Origin: Candidatus Pacearchaeota archaeon
GTDB lineage: Archaea; Nanobdellota; Nanobdellia; Pacearchaeales; GW2011-AR1
DNA: 42,636 nt
Direction of reading: 5' to 3'
Assembly (NCBI GenBank): GCA_018304205.1
Contig: JAGVWR010000016.1
Span: forward strand, 1 to 42,636
Position 1 is the stretch's first letter; the number at the start of each line of letters is the position of its first letter. The translations under genes and the position numbers were made by a program. The notes under the pieces are model-generated. The model saw only the letters and a list, made by a program, of their open reading frames with translations. It was not told the DNA's origin and searched no databases. Positions 9,918-19,058 of the stretch are shown in pieces.

Positions 9918-11819
9918 ATGAGTGAAGGTGGCAATGACGAGGTTATTGGGAAAGTAATAGATAGAATATTTGAGACTCCTAAGAACTTGGCTTATTTATT
10001 GGCGATCTTTATGGTTGGATTTATATTAAGACTGATCGCTGCAATTAACTTATCTGTTTCTGCTGATGACATGCATTTTGTTACCCATGCGATAAATTTC
10101 TTCTCTGCAGATAGACTTGTTACTTATGATCAATCTTCGGGACTGTGGTTTGCATTTACTAGTGTTATATACAAGATATTTGGGATGACGCAATTGACTT
10201 CTAGAATGGCTCCATTAATATTTGGATCTTTTAGTATTCTAGTTATATATCTTTTGAGTAAGGAGTTTTTTGATGAAAAAACTTCATTGTGTGCTGCTTT
10301 CCTACTGGCTATCGCTCCATTCCACATTAAAAACACTATAGCTGAAATGGATGTTACTGCCATGTTTTTTGTATTAACTGCAATGTTTCTTTTTGTGAAA
10401 TCTTTGAAAAATGACCGATTTCGATATTTTGCACTAAGTGGAATTTTTATGGGACTTGCAATTTACACTAAAGTATATCCTTTGCTCTTTATTCCTTCAC
10501 TTCTATTGTATTTTGCATACTATAATAGAAAACACAATGAAAAAATATTTAAAAAAAGAAACATCAAGAAAATTTTAGTTTTCTTGTTTTTCATATTTAT
10601 TTTTACTATTCCTGCTTTGGCTCATAATTATTTGTTATATAGTGATAAAGGGTTTATGGATCTTCAATTTACTAGAACTTTCGGTATAGGAGAAGATGTG
10701 TCCGCACAGTATTATTCTTGGGATGCACAATTTGAGGCTAAGAATTCATGGGCTGGACTTATATTTGGAGATACTAAACATGTTGCTTCTGGGGCACCAT
10801 TACTTTACACTGCCGTGATGTATATATTTAAGGGGGATCCTCTGAATTTTGTTTTTGGAGTAATTGGAATTTTACTAATATTGTTTTATAGAAAGACAGA
10901 AAAGAATGAGAATCGTGAAAAAGGAAAGGAATACATTAAATTATTTGTTTTGAGCATTTTATTTGTATTGCCTTTCTTGGCATCTATAATATTATTGCCT
11001 AAGCACTACCTATTTTTAGAAATATTACTTATCCCTTTTTCGGCATTCACTTTAATATCGATTAATAATTTAATTTCTAAAGGAAAAAATAAAAATTATC
11101 TGAAGGTTTTTGTTGCAATTATATTTATTTTCTCATTAATATATTTAGGACTTCCTCCAAAGGCAGATATTCATCATTTTTATGGAGAAAGCCACGTTGG
11201 GCAAGTTATAAATTATAAAAATAAAAATATAGCTAAAGATTCTCTAATAATTGCGGACAATAGAATTTACCTGGGTAGGAGTTATTGGATGTTCCAAGAA
11301 AGACCATTTTTAGAAGTGAGCGACTTTTTAGCAGCCGCCCAAGAATCTCAGAAGATAGCTGGGGAAACTAAAAATGTCGGGGTGTATTATTTTGAATGTG
11401 TTATTGATGATTGTGGTTGGGGTTATATAAAAGGTCAGCCAGAATTTAATAAGTCGATGGAAGATTTTACTGCGCTATTTGCAACTAGTGGAAAACTTGT
11501 AAAGGAAATATATGAGCCTATGGAGAAAAAACCATATTATCCCTTATTTGTTGGAGAAAAAGAGCAGATGATAAATGTTTATTATGCTGAAGTGCCACTC
11601 AAGCAGGCAGTTATTGATTACGCAAAAAAACCAAAGGTGTGGTTCCTATATCCGATTGGATATCAGCCTAGTACGGAAGTATTTGATAATTATCAGCCAA
11701 TTAGTCTAACTGAATTGTTAGTTGATAAAACTGCCAGAGGAGTTGTTATTCTAGCACTTATTCTCGCATTTTTAAGTCCAATTTACATATTATATTTACT
11801 CTATAATTCCAAAAAATGA
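9918..11819 (+). CDS. GT-C fold ArnT/PMT-like membrane glycosyltransferase
   Basis: GFILRL...SADD loop, EMD, GLAIYTK, many TM segments and a soluble C-terminal domain. Confidence 0.8.
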   Translation: MSEGGNDEVIGKVIDRIFETPKNLAYLLAIFMVGFILRLIAAINLSVSADDMHFVTHAINFFSADRLVTYDQSSGLWFAFTSVIYKIFGMTQLTSRMAPLIFGSFSILVIYLLSKEFFDEKTSLCAAFLLAIAPFHIKNTIAEMDVTAMFFVLTAMFLFVKSLKNDRFRYFALSGIFMGLAIYTKVYPLLFIPSLLLYFAYYNRKHNEKIFKKRNIKKILVFLFFIFIFTIPALAHNYLLYSDKGFMDLQFTRTFGIGEDVSAQYYSWDAQFEAKNSWAGLIFGDTKHVASGAPLLYTAVMYIFKGDPLNFVFGVIGILLILFYRKTEKNENREKGKEYIKLFVLSILFVLPFLASIILLPKHYLFLEILLIPFSAFTLISINNLISKGKNKNYLKVFVAIIFIFSLIYLGLPPKADIHHFYGESHVGQVINYKNKNIAKDSLIIADNRIYLGRSYWMFQERPFLEVSDFLAAAQESQKIAGETKNVGVYYFECVIDDCGWGYIKGQPEFNKSMEDFTALFATSGKLVKEIYEPMEKKPYYPLFVGEKEQMINVYYAEVPLKQAVIDYAKKPKVWFLYPIGYQPSTEVFDNYQPISLTELLVDKTARGVVILALILAFLSPIYILYLLYNSKK

Positions 11820-12505
11820 GAATCTCTATTATAATTCCTGTATTTAATGAAGAAAGAACCTTAGAAAAGATATTAGAAAAGATGTCTAAATTAAATCTTG
11901 GAATGAGGAAGGAAATCTTGATTATAAATGATGGAAGCACAGATAATTCTAGAAAAATAATTGAAGACTTTATTAAAGAAAATAAAAAAGAAGATATTAA
12001 GGTTATAAGTAAAAAAAATGAGGGAAAAGGTTCGGCAATAAGAGTTGGAATAAAATTAGCAAGGGGAGAAATTATAACTATACAGGATGCTGATTTAGAA
12101 TATGATCCTAATGATTTTAAAACATTGATTAAACCAATTGTAAATGGAAAGGAAAAAGTTGTTTATGGATCTAGATTTTTAAAAGCACATAAGCCTATGT
12201 ATAAAATTTATTTTTTGGGAAATAAATTTTTGAGTTTCTTAACTAAAGTGCTCTATGGGCATAGAATAACTGATATGGAAACTTGTTACAAAGTTTTTGA
12301 TGCTAAGGTAATAAAAAGTATAGATCTTAGGGCAAATAAATTTGACATTGAGCCTGAAATAACTTCTAAAATTTTGAAGAAAGGAATAAGAATAAAAGAA
12401 ATTCCTATAAGTTATAGTCCTAGAAAAATAGAGGAAGGTAAAAAAATAAACTGGAAAGATGGAATACAAGCTATTTTTACTTTATTATATTGGAGAGCAC
12501 ATTAG
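11816..12505 (+). CDS. DPM1-like polyprenol-phosphate glycosyltransferase (GT2)
   Basis: SIIIPVFNEE, DGSTD, QDADLEYDP, TDMETCYK, EGKKINWKDG. Confidence 0.9.
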   Translation: MRISIIIPVFNEERTLEKILEKMSKLNLGMRKEILIINDGSTDNSRKIIEDFIKENKKEDIKVISKKNEGKGSAIRVGIKLARGEIITIQDADLEYDPNDFKTLIKPIVNGKEKVVYGSRFLKAHKPMYKIYFLGNKFLSFLTKVLYGHRITDMETCYKVFDAKVIKSIDLRANKFDIEPEITSKILKKGIRIKEIPISYSPRKIEEGKKINWKDGIQAIFTLLYWRAH

Positions 12506-12512
12506 TTTGGAT

Positions 12513-12788
12513 CTATCTCTTTTCTAAAGCGTAAGGAATATCAAAACTATAAGGACAAATAATACCCTCGCCAATTTTATCTACATTAGGATGTGATGCC
12601 TTACATCTTTGGCCGTGTCCACCAGTATTATAACGACATTCTACATTGCTAGATATAATATTGGTATCTGGACTTTTGTAAATCTTAATTTTAATATCTA
12701 CATCTTCACCTAAACATTCATTTCCTTTAGTATCTCTTCCCTTGCATTTAATGGGGTAAGTTTGTTCAACGTATTGAGTTAATTCCAT
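12513..12788 (-). CDS. Small Cys/His-rich hypothetical protein
   Basis: 91 aa with five Cys and two His (CRYNTGGHGQRCKASH...CPY). Confidence 0.6.
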   Translation of the reverse strand: MELTQYVEQTYPIKCKGRDTKGNECLGEDVDIKIKIYKSPDTNIISSNVECRYNTGGHGQRCKASHPNVDKIGEGIICPYSFDIPYALEKR

Positions 12789-12857
12789 AATTACTTAGAA
12801 AAGTTACATTATATAAACTTTTTTGTGATGAAAATTAGAATATATCTTCACAATATT

Positions 12858-14075
12858 TTAGTCTAGGACTGCAATAGAACCCCATAAGAAAATTACAGAA
12901 GAAGTTAAGAATGCAATAGAAAATTCTAAAAGAGAGTCATTAAACAAGAAAAGAAGAATTATACCAATCAATAGGAATGCAAAGAAAAATATTATGCTTT
13001 TGTTTGATGGTTTATTCTTTGAAATTTTATAAAGAACGTTCAAATTTGCAAAAGATAAAACTCCTGTTGCTAAACCTAAATAAAACAAAATATTTGCCGA
13101 TTCGTCTATGAATTTTCCTGCAAATATTCTTATTATCCAGTCGGGGATTAGGAAAAATAGAATTAAGGCTGCTGCAACTCCTAGAGTAAGTAAAATCAAT
13201 GCGTTAAGATAAGTGTTATGGTCCTTACTTTTCTTTTTATCTAAGCCCTCTTCCGCTGATATTGGAAACATGGCTCTGCTTATTGGCTGGGTACCCCAGA
13301 AAACTGCCTTTGAAAGGACGGAAGCTAAAGAATAAAGACCTGCGACTTCTTTTGTGAAAACTAATTGAGCTATAAACAGATCAATTGTATAAAATGCAAG
13401 AATAGAAAAAGTAATAAGGAAAACGGATATTGAATCTTTTCTAAATTCTATTGTTTCTGCTTTCTTTTCTTCTGCAGAATAGATTGATTTTATACTTGGA
13501 AAAGAGAAAAACAACGCTACGGCGGATCCTAAAAGTGCTCCTCCTATTGCTCCGTATACTTTCCATCCTAACAATACTAAAGCTACAGAAGCAACTAACT
13601 TAACTGATGATTCTATTATAAGATTTATTCCTAATGAATAAAATTTCTGCCTCCCTTGCATTATTCCTCTTGTTAGGGGAAGGAACAATGCAGTAAAAAT
13701 GAAAAGTCCATTTAAAGCAAGAAGAGTGTACGGAATGCTTTCTAAATATGAGAATGGAATTGCGAAGATTAAATAGACTATAAAGAATAAAACTGTAACT
13801 GAGGATAATTTCTTAAATGATCTATTTAAAAGGTTTTTTAATTTTCCATTATCTTTCTCTCTTGATGATTGTCTTGCAAAAACTGTTTGGATAGCTTCTG
13901 TAAAAATACTTAACACATATATTAAATAGAATAAGGCGGCGAGTATTCCGTAGTCTGCTATTGAAAGGGTGCGTGCCATTGAAGCTTGAAATATAAAATT
14001 AAGAAAACTATAAACATTAAAGACTATTAAAAGAATAAAACTGCCTTTTATAAAATTCTTATTTATAGTAATCAT
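12858..14075 (-). CDS. Oligosaccharide flippase (Wzx/MOP family)
   Basis: ARTLSIADYG, GLYSLAS, ~12 TM; start moved to ATG 14075 (ATGA overlap with the upstream stop). Confidence 0.85.
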   Translation of the reverse strand: MITINKNFIKGSFILLIVFNVYSFLNFIFQASMARTLSIADYGILAALFYLIYVLSIFTEAIQTVFARQSSREKDNGKLKNLLNRSFKKLSSVTVLFFIVYLIFAIPFSYLESIPYTLLALNGLFIFTALFLPLTRGIMQGRQKFYSLGINLIIESSVKLVASVALVLLGWKVYGAIGGALLGSAVALFFSFPSIKSIYSAEEKKAETIEFRKDSISVFLITFSILAFYTIDLFIAQLVFTKEVAGLYSLASVLSKAVFWGTQPISRAMFPISAEEGLDKKKSKDHNTYLNALILLTLGVAAALILFFLIPDWIIRIFAGKFIDESANILFYLGLATGVLSFANLNVLYKISKNKPSNKSIIFFFAFLLIGIILLFLFNDSLLEFSIAFLTSSVIFLWGSIAVLD

Positions 14076-15088
14076 ATTCCAAATATTCCTTCTCTGAATA
14101 TTAAGAATCCGAGAAGAATTATTATTATTTGGAATGCCCATATCATTAACACTGCTCTTTTCTCAGTAGGTTTAACATTTAATCTTTGCATAATTAAAAT
14201 GGCCAAATGATTTAGGCTGTATATTCTCTCATATTTAAGACCTAACGATCCATCTTGATTTGGCTTTCCAAAACTTTGTTTTATTAATCTTCCACGAAGT
14301 TTTAAGACAGTTTCAAGTATGTATGGAATATAAAAGAATAAAGCTATTTTTTCAAAATTGCCTAAAATTGATAGGATTGCTATTAATGCTCCTACGGAAT
14401 ATGTGAGGGCGTCTCCGGGGAAGACTTTTGCTGGAAAGAAATTATACATAAGGAATGCTAACAAAGATGCAGCCATAATTAGGGCGATGACTGCAAGCCA
14501 AGAACTTCCTGTGAAAAACGACAGGAAACCTAGACCTAAAAGCAAAATAATTCCCTGTCCTGCTTCTAGCCCGTTAAAGCCTGCAAGAATGTTGAATGTT
14601 GTCGTTGCGCCAATTATACCTATTGGAATTACAATTAAAGGATATAATAGACCAAGATCTACTTTTCCTAAAATCGGTATGGCCACTAAAGATTTTCCTG
14701 CATTTATTGCCATAAGAGGAATTGCTGCAATAATTAGTAAAATAACTCTTGATTTTATTGAAAGCCCTCCTTTTCTCCATCCAAATAAGTCATCTATTAA
14801 TCCTATTCCAGATGCAATAAGAATTACTGAAAGAAGCGCCATTAGTTCAATTAAAAAAGTCTGTTTTTGAACTATGAAAACCCTATAAGCTATAAAAATA
14901 AGAGTTCCAACGGTAAATCCTAAAACTGCTATTATTCCTCCGGAACCTGCTATTTTTTCTGATTTTGATTTATTCATATCATCCCAAATTAATCCTATAT
15001 CTTTTGCTTTTTTTATCCAGAACGGAATAACAAATAAAGTAATCAGAAAACTTAGCAGAATTGGTATTAACAACATTATATCTATCAT
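14072..15088 (-). CDS. aglH: UDP-GlcNAc:dolichyl-phosphate GlcNAc-1-phosphotransferase (AglH/Alg7-like)
   Basis: DMNK, GLIDD, NILAGFNGLEAG, YNFFPAKVFPGD; coupled to aglB. Confidence 0.85.
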   Translation of the reverse strand: MIDIMLLIPILLSFLITLFVIPFWIKKAKDIGLIWDDMNKSKSEKIAGSGGIIAVLGFTVGTLIFIAYRVFIVQKQTFLIELMALLSVILIASGIGLIDDLFGWRKGGLSIKSRVILLIIAAIPLMAINAGKSLVAIPILGKVDLGLLYPLIVIPIGIIGATTTFNILAGFNGLEAGQGIILLLGLGFLSFFTGSSWLAVIALIMAASLLAFLMYNFFPAKVFPGDALTYSVGALIAILSILGNFEKIALFFYIPYILETVLKLRGRLIKQSFGKPNQDGSLGLKYERIYSLNHLAILIMQRLNVKPTEKRAVLMIWAFQIIIILLGFLIFREGIFGI

Positions 15089-17796
15089 CTTGCTATGTCG
15101 AGTTCTTTTGGATAAAGAGTACTCAAATACTCTTGTTTGAACTCTATATTTCTAGGATATGAAATTTCCCATATTCTTATAGGTCCTCTTACTCCATTGT
15201 AATAAACTATATCTCCTTTAAATGCAGGATTTTGTTCTCTTATGACTTGAACTATATAATCATCTTCTGAATGCACTAATTTGAAGTAAGGATTATTTTC
15301 TCTGTATATATACAGTCTAGTTAGTTGTGATTTTACTGTTCTCCTTGAAAGATAAAGTATTGCTCCATTAGGATCAACGGCGTTTTGATTTACTGCAGGG
15401 AAAATATAAACTCCTACATCTACACCAGAACCATAATCTACAAGTTCAACATCAAATGCATATCTCAGGGGCAAAGTAACTTGCTGATTTTGATATATAA
15501 AGATTCCTTTTGGTTGACTTATTATCTCTCCTGCACTATTCCTTTCTATTATAATAGCTCCAAGTCCTGCTCTTGATGAAGGAAGGAATATTTCTTTTCC
15601 ATCTTGATTGTAAATTATATCTTCATCAAGAGGAGCTCCACCAGTATAGAAATAAGAAGTTGAATTCTTTCCTTCTTGTGTTGCTGAATCATCTTTTAAA
15701 TAAGTAGGAATAAAACTTGCTCGGTCATAATTTGCATCAGAACCTATCGAAGAAAACGCAGAGTATTTTCCTATGTCTGTTGAATCTATAAGGAAATGAG
15801 TCGTATTATGTGCGTAAAGGAATTCAAGGGCCTGAAAATTGTCCGTTCCTGTTAAAGCATAACGGCCCATCATGTGATTCCAGTATGAAATTGCGTTTCC
15901 TCCATCGAGTACTGTTGCTCTTTCTCCTATTGATTGTACCCAGTATCCATAATCCCACCAGTGTCCGAAGACTGCATTCTTATTTGTGTTATCTCTTACG
16001 TAAGCCATTGCTTTCTGCCACTGCTGCGTATAAACTGAAGGGGCATAATTTGCAGCTTCACCTTTTGATTGATTATAGAACACATCACCTGAATATACAA
16101 GTGAAATTATTATTATCGCTGTAATTGCATAACCTGCTAGTTTTGTTGAGTTATCTTTTATTTTTTGCGAGTCAGAGAATACTGCAACAACTAAATATGA
16201 AGCTAAAATTGCTCCTGGGGGAACTAACAACATTACTAATCTTACTGATCCTCTTGCTGCAACAGCAGTCATTAAAAATAGAACAAGCAAAAGAATAAGT
16301 TCAAAATGAATTGATTTAAGTGTTTCTCTTCCTTCTTCTGTTTTATTTTTCTGGAAATAATAATATGCTAAAGATCCAACAAAAAGAATAAATCCTAATG
16401 CATAGAGACCAAGACTAGTAAAATTTGATCCATTTAATGTGCTATTTCCATCATAACGACTAAATATCATTCCGAAAAAGAACAATGTATAAGTTGCAGA
16501 AATTATTATTCTTTCTTTCTTTGCAAATTTAGAAGTCATGAAATAAACGAGATAAATTGATCCTATAAAGAATAACCAGAAGTAAATAGGAATATTTCTT
16601 ATGACTGGGCCAAAACTACCGCCCCATTCAGTAAAAAAGGGTTGCCTGTTTTCTGCTACGGTCTGGATTAATCTAGTGGTTGCTGGCCTTACTAAATTAT
16701 CCACAAGGTAAACTATTTGGGAAGGTATATAGGATAAACCAAATAGAATAGTTGCGAGAATAGAAATTGCAATCATTGCGATTATTGTTGTCTTAATTTG
16801 ATCCGGTATCTTATTCCATTTTTCTAATCTCAATTGATGTTTTAATTTTGTACCAAATAAAACATAATGAAGCAAAATTATAACTAAAACTATTATTGCT
16901 GAGGCTGTTTGTGTTGTTTGGGTTAAAGATCCAATTCCATATCTTGATGAGAAAGGATACATAAGTATGAATGAAGAAAGAAGCCAGATAATGTAGACTA
17001 TAATTTTTTGTTTATTTGTCTTTCCTAATAAAAATGCGATGAAAACTGCTGGGCCTATAGTCAAAAATATGAAAGCATAACCTCCCCATACTAAAGCTGC
17101 GCATGCTGTTGCTGCGCCTGCCAAAACTGCAAATGCGTATGCTTTCTTGTTTGCATTTGATTTCCAGGCGCTTAAGAATGCATAAAATGCAATGAAAATA
17201 AAGAAGAATGCCGCTGCCTCTTTTTCTGGAATTCCTGCTATTGTTCTTGGTAAAAATATTGGAATAACTGCGAAGAAGAATGAGGAAATGATAGCTATAA
17301 CATTTGCTTTTTTAACTCCTAGAGAATCTAAAAATATTTTTCTTACTAAAAAGAAAAAAGCGATAACTGTAATTGCAAAGAAGAAAACTGGATAATAAAT
17401 TGCAGATAAAGTTACGGAGTCTGATCCAAAAAATGTGGCTATATTATGAAACCAGGCCATCATATATGGATGAAGTAATAATTCTGCATTTGTTTTATAG
17501 AATAAAGGAACGTAACGCATTTGGTCTATTGAAAATAAAGATCCGTTTTCTACTATATATTTAGACCAACGCAAGAATAAGAAAGGATCTAAATCTGGAC
17601 CAAGAGTCCAATCTCCTGTTGTTACGTCTTTTAACTTGGAAACATTGAGAGTTCTTAATTTTACAGTTAAGAAAACTATAACTGCTAACATTACGTAGAA
17701 AATCCAATTATAATTCACTTTCAATACTTTTATGACTTTTTCTTTTCTCTGCTCTAAAAGGTCGTTTTCATTCTTAACTTCTTTTTTATCAGTCAT
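15085..17796 (-). CDS. aglB: Oligosaccharyltransferase AglB (STT3)
   Basis: DLDP, TVAE, WWDYG, DGGN, DIGK motifs; multi-TM N-terminal half. Confidence 0.97.
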   Translation of the reverse strand: MTDKKEVKNENDLLEQRKEKVIKVLKVNYNWIFYVMLAVIVFLTVKLRTLNVSKLKDVTTGDWTLGPDLDPFLFLRWSKYIVENGSLFSIDQMRYVPLFYKTNAELLLHPYMMAWFHNIATFFGSDSVTLSAIYYPVFFFAITVIAFFFLVRKIFLDSLGVKKANVIAIISSFFFAVIPIFLPRTIAGIPEKEAAAFFFIFIAFYAFLSAWKSNANKKAYAFAVLAGAATACAALVWGGYAFIFLTIGPAVFIAFLLGKTNKQKIIVYIIWLLSSFILMYPFSSRYGIGSLTQTTQTASAIIVLVIILLHYVLFGTKLKHQLRLEKWNKIPDQIKTTIIAMIAISILATILFGLSYIPSQIVYLVDNLVRPATTRLIQTVAENRQPFFTEWGGSFGPVIRNIPIYFWLFFIGSIYLVYFMTSKFAKKERIIISATYTLFFFGMIFSRYDGNSTLNGSNFTSLGLYALGFILFVGSLAYYYFQKNKTEEGRETLKSIHFELILLLVLFLMTAVAARGSVRLVMLLVPPGAILASYLVVAVFSDSQKIKDNSTKLAGYAITAIIIISLVYSGDVFYNQSKGEAANYAPSVYTQQWQKAMAYVRDNTNKNAVFGHWWDYGYWVQSIGERATVLDGGNAISYWNHMMGRYALTGTDNFQALEFLYAHNTTHFLIDSTDIGKYSAFSSIGSDANYDRASFIPTYLKDDSATQEGKNSTSYFYTGGAPLDEDIIYNQDGKEIFLPSSRAGLGAIIIERNSAGEIISQPKGIFIYQNQQVTLPLRYAFDVELVDYGSGVDVGVYIFPAVNQNAVDPNGAILYLSRRTVKSQLTRLYIYRENNPYFKLVHSEDDYIVQVIREQNPAFKGDIVYYNGVRGPIRIWEISYPRNIEFKQEYLSTLYPKELDIAR

Positions 17797-17848
17797 TGGA
17801 AATCAAAGAAAAACGGGTTATTTAAATTTATTCGATTAAAACTTCTTT

Positions 17849-18706
17849 CTAAAAGAAAAGAGGAGTTATGAATACTTCCATGAGAGCTGAAATAAATAAT
17901 ATGACTACTGCTAAAATGACTAAATTAATCGAGTCATATAAAATCTTCCAAAATTTATCTGTTCCTGTTTCATGTTTTATCACTGCTACTGAAATTATCC
18001 CTCCAGCTAAAGCGACTATGAAATAGGAGGCTATTTCTGGAATACCATGAATCATAAATCTAAGAAGACCTATTGGAAGAGCGCTTAGCCTTGATTCTGT
18101 AAAAATTCCTATGGCCGCAGCTATTACTGAAGCGTTCCAGGCTAGAATAAAAATAACTCCTGCACCAAAAATTAATGAAAAAACAAGTGTGAAAAGCAAG
18201 ACATAAATATTATTGGTGAAGATTAAAAATAATCTTTCTTTGTTTGTGAGGAAAGGTACGACAGTTGAGACATCATTTATCCCATATTGTTTTACGCAAG
18301 AATCGAACGAGGCAGGACGATTAATTAAGCAGTAAGTTTCTATTTGGGCGCTAAATGACTGGGTTGAAGCTAAAATTGAATACCAAAATGAAAATGCTAT
18401 AACAAAACCTAAAAATAGGAAAAGGAAAGCATAAATTGCCCTTCTGTGCTCTTTAAGTAATTTGAAAGTGCCATCAACGTTAATACTTCTTTTTTCTTCT
18501 AGTTTTATTGTATAAAATATGAATGGAATTGAGAACATTACTGTAAATGTTACAACCAAAATTCCTGAATACTTTGATAAGACTGCATCTTTGGCAAAAA
18601 CCCAATTAACTAAAAGAATGGATAAAGATGCATAAAGAAGCCCTATAAAGAATAATTCCCATGGCTTTCTCTCGGCCTTTCTTGGATTAATAAGCATTTC
18701 TAACAT
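17849..18706 (-). CDS. SpoIIM/DUF95 family membrane protein
   Basis: IFTNN, WNASVI, HGIPEI, ALME signature. Confidence 0.85.
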   Translation of the reverse strand: MLEMLINPRKAERKPWELFFIGLLYASLSILLVNWVFAKDAVLSKYSGILVVTFTVMFSIPFIFYTIKLEEKRSINVDGTFKLLKEHRRAIYAFLFLFLGFVIAFSFWYSILASTQSFSAQIETYCLINRPASFDSCVKQYGINDVSTVVPFLTNKERLFLIFTNNIYVLLFTLVFSLIFGAGVIFILAWNASVIAAAIGIFTESRLSALPIGLLRFMIHGIPEIASYFIVALAGGIISVAVIKHETGTDKFWKILYDSINLVILAVVILFISALMEVFITPLFF

Positions 18707-18725
18707 CTACAACCTCCAGCGGGCA

Positions 18726-18806
18726 TCAAGAACTCCTATTCTTGAGTGCGATCAAGATCTGAAGATCTTGACGTTCTAGGAGTCCAGCAACATTTAAACA
18801 ATACAT
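18726..18806 (-). other. Candidate leader mini-ORF (26 aa) containing two hairpins
   Basis: AGGTGA SD-like sequence just upstream of ATG 18806; MYCLNVAGLLERQDLQILIALKNRSS*. Inverted repeats TCAAGAA/TTCTTGA (18726-18745) and TCAAGATCT/AGATCTTGA (18752-18771). Confidence 0.4.
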
Positions 18807-18850
18807 TTTTTCACCTTTTTATATTTTTAAGAAACGACTTATGTTTTTAT

Positions 18851-18867
18851 AGTTAATCTTTCTTTAA
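18851..18867 (+). repeat. 17-bp direct repeat, left copy
   Basis: AGTTAATCTTTCTTTAA, identical at 20044-20060. Confidence 0.85.
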
Positions 18868-18891
18868 GCTGTAAAGTTAAAGACACCTATT

Positions 18892-19038
18892 TTAGATAGG
18901 CCATCCAAATTTTATCTTATCCAAAATCGCATCAATAATTTTCTTTTTTATTTTCTCTCTTAGTTTATGCGTGTTTGCCCATTTTGCATAAGCCTGCCAA
19001 CCTTGATAACTTTCTGCTAAAGTTTTAAAATCAATTTG
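18892..19038 (-). pseudogene. C-terminal remnant of a DGR-type reverse transcriptase
   Basis: Start-less frame QIDFKTLAESYQGWQAYAKWANTHKLREKIKKKIIDAILDKIKFGWPI*; SxxGWxAYAxxANTxKLR resembles the thumb-end motif of DGR RTs; abuts a VR-bearing gene. Confidence 0.8.
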
Positions 19039-19043
19039 GCGCG

Positions 19044-19058
19044 GCGCGCTTAACGCGC
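19044..19058. other. GC hairpin at the 3' end of the variable region (candidate DGR homing hairpin)
   Basis: GCGCG-CTTAA-CGCGC: 5-bp stem spanning the target stop codon, in a GC island within AT-rich DNA. Confidence 0.55.
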
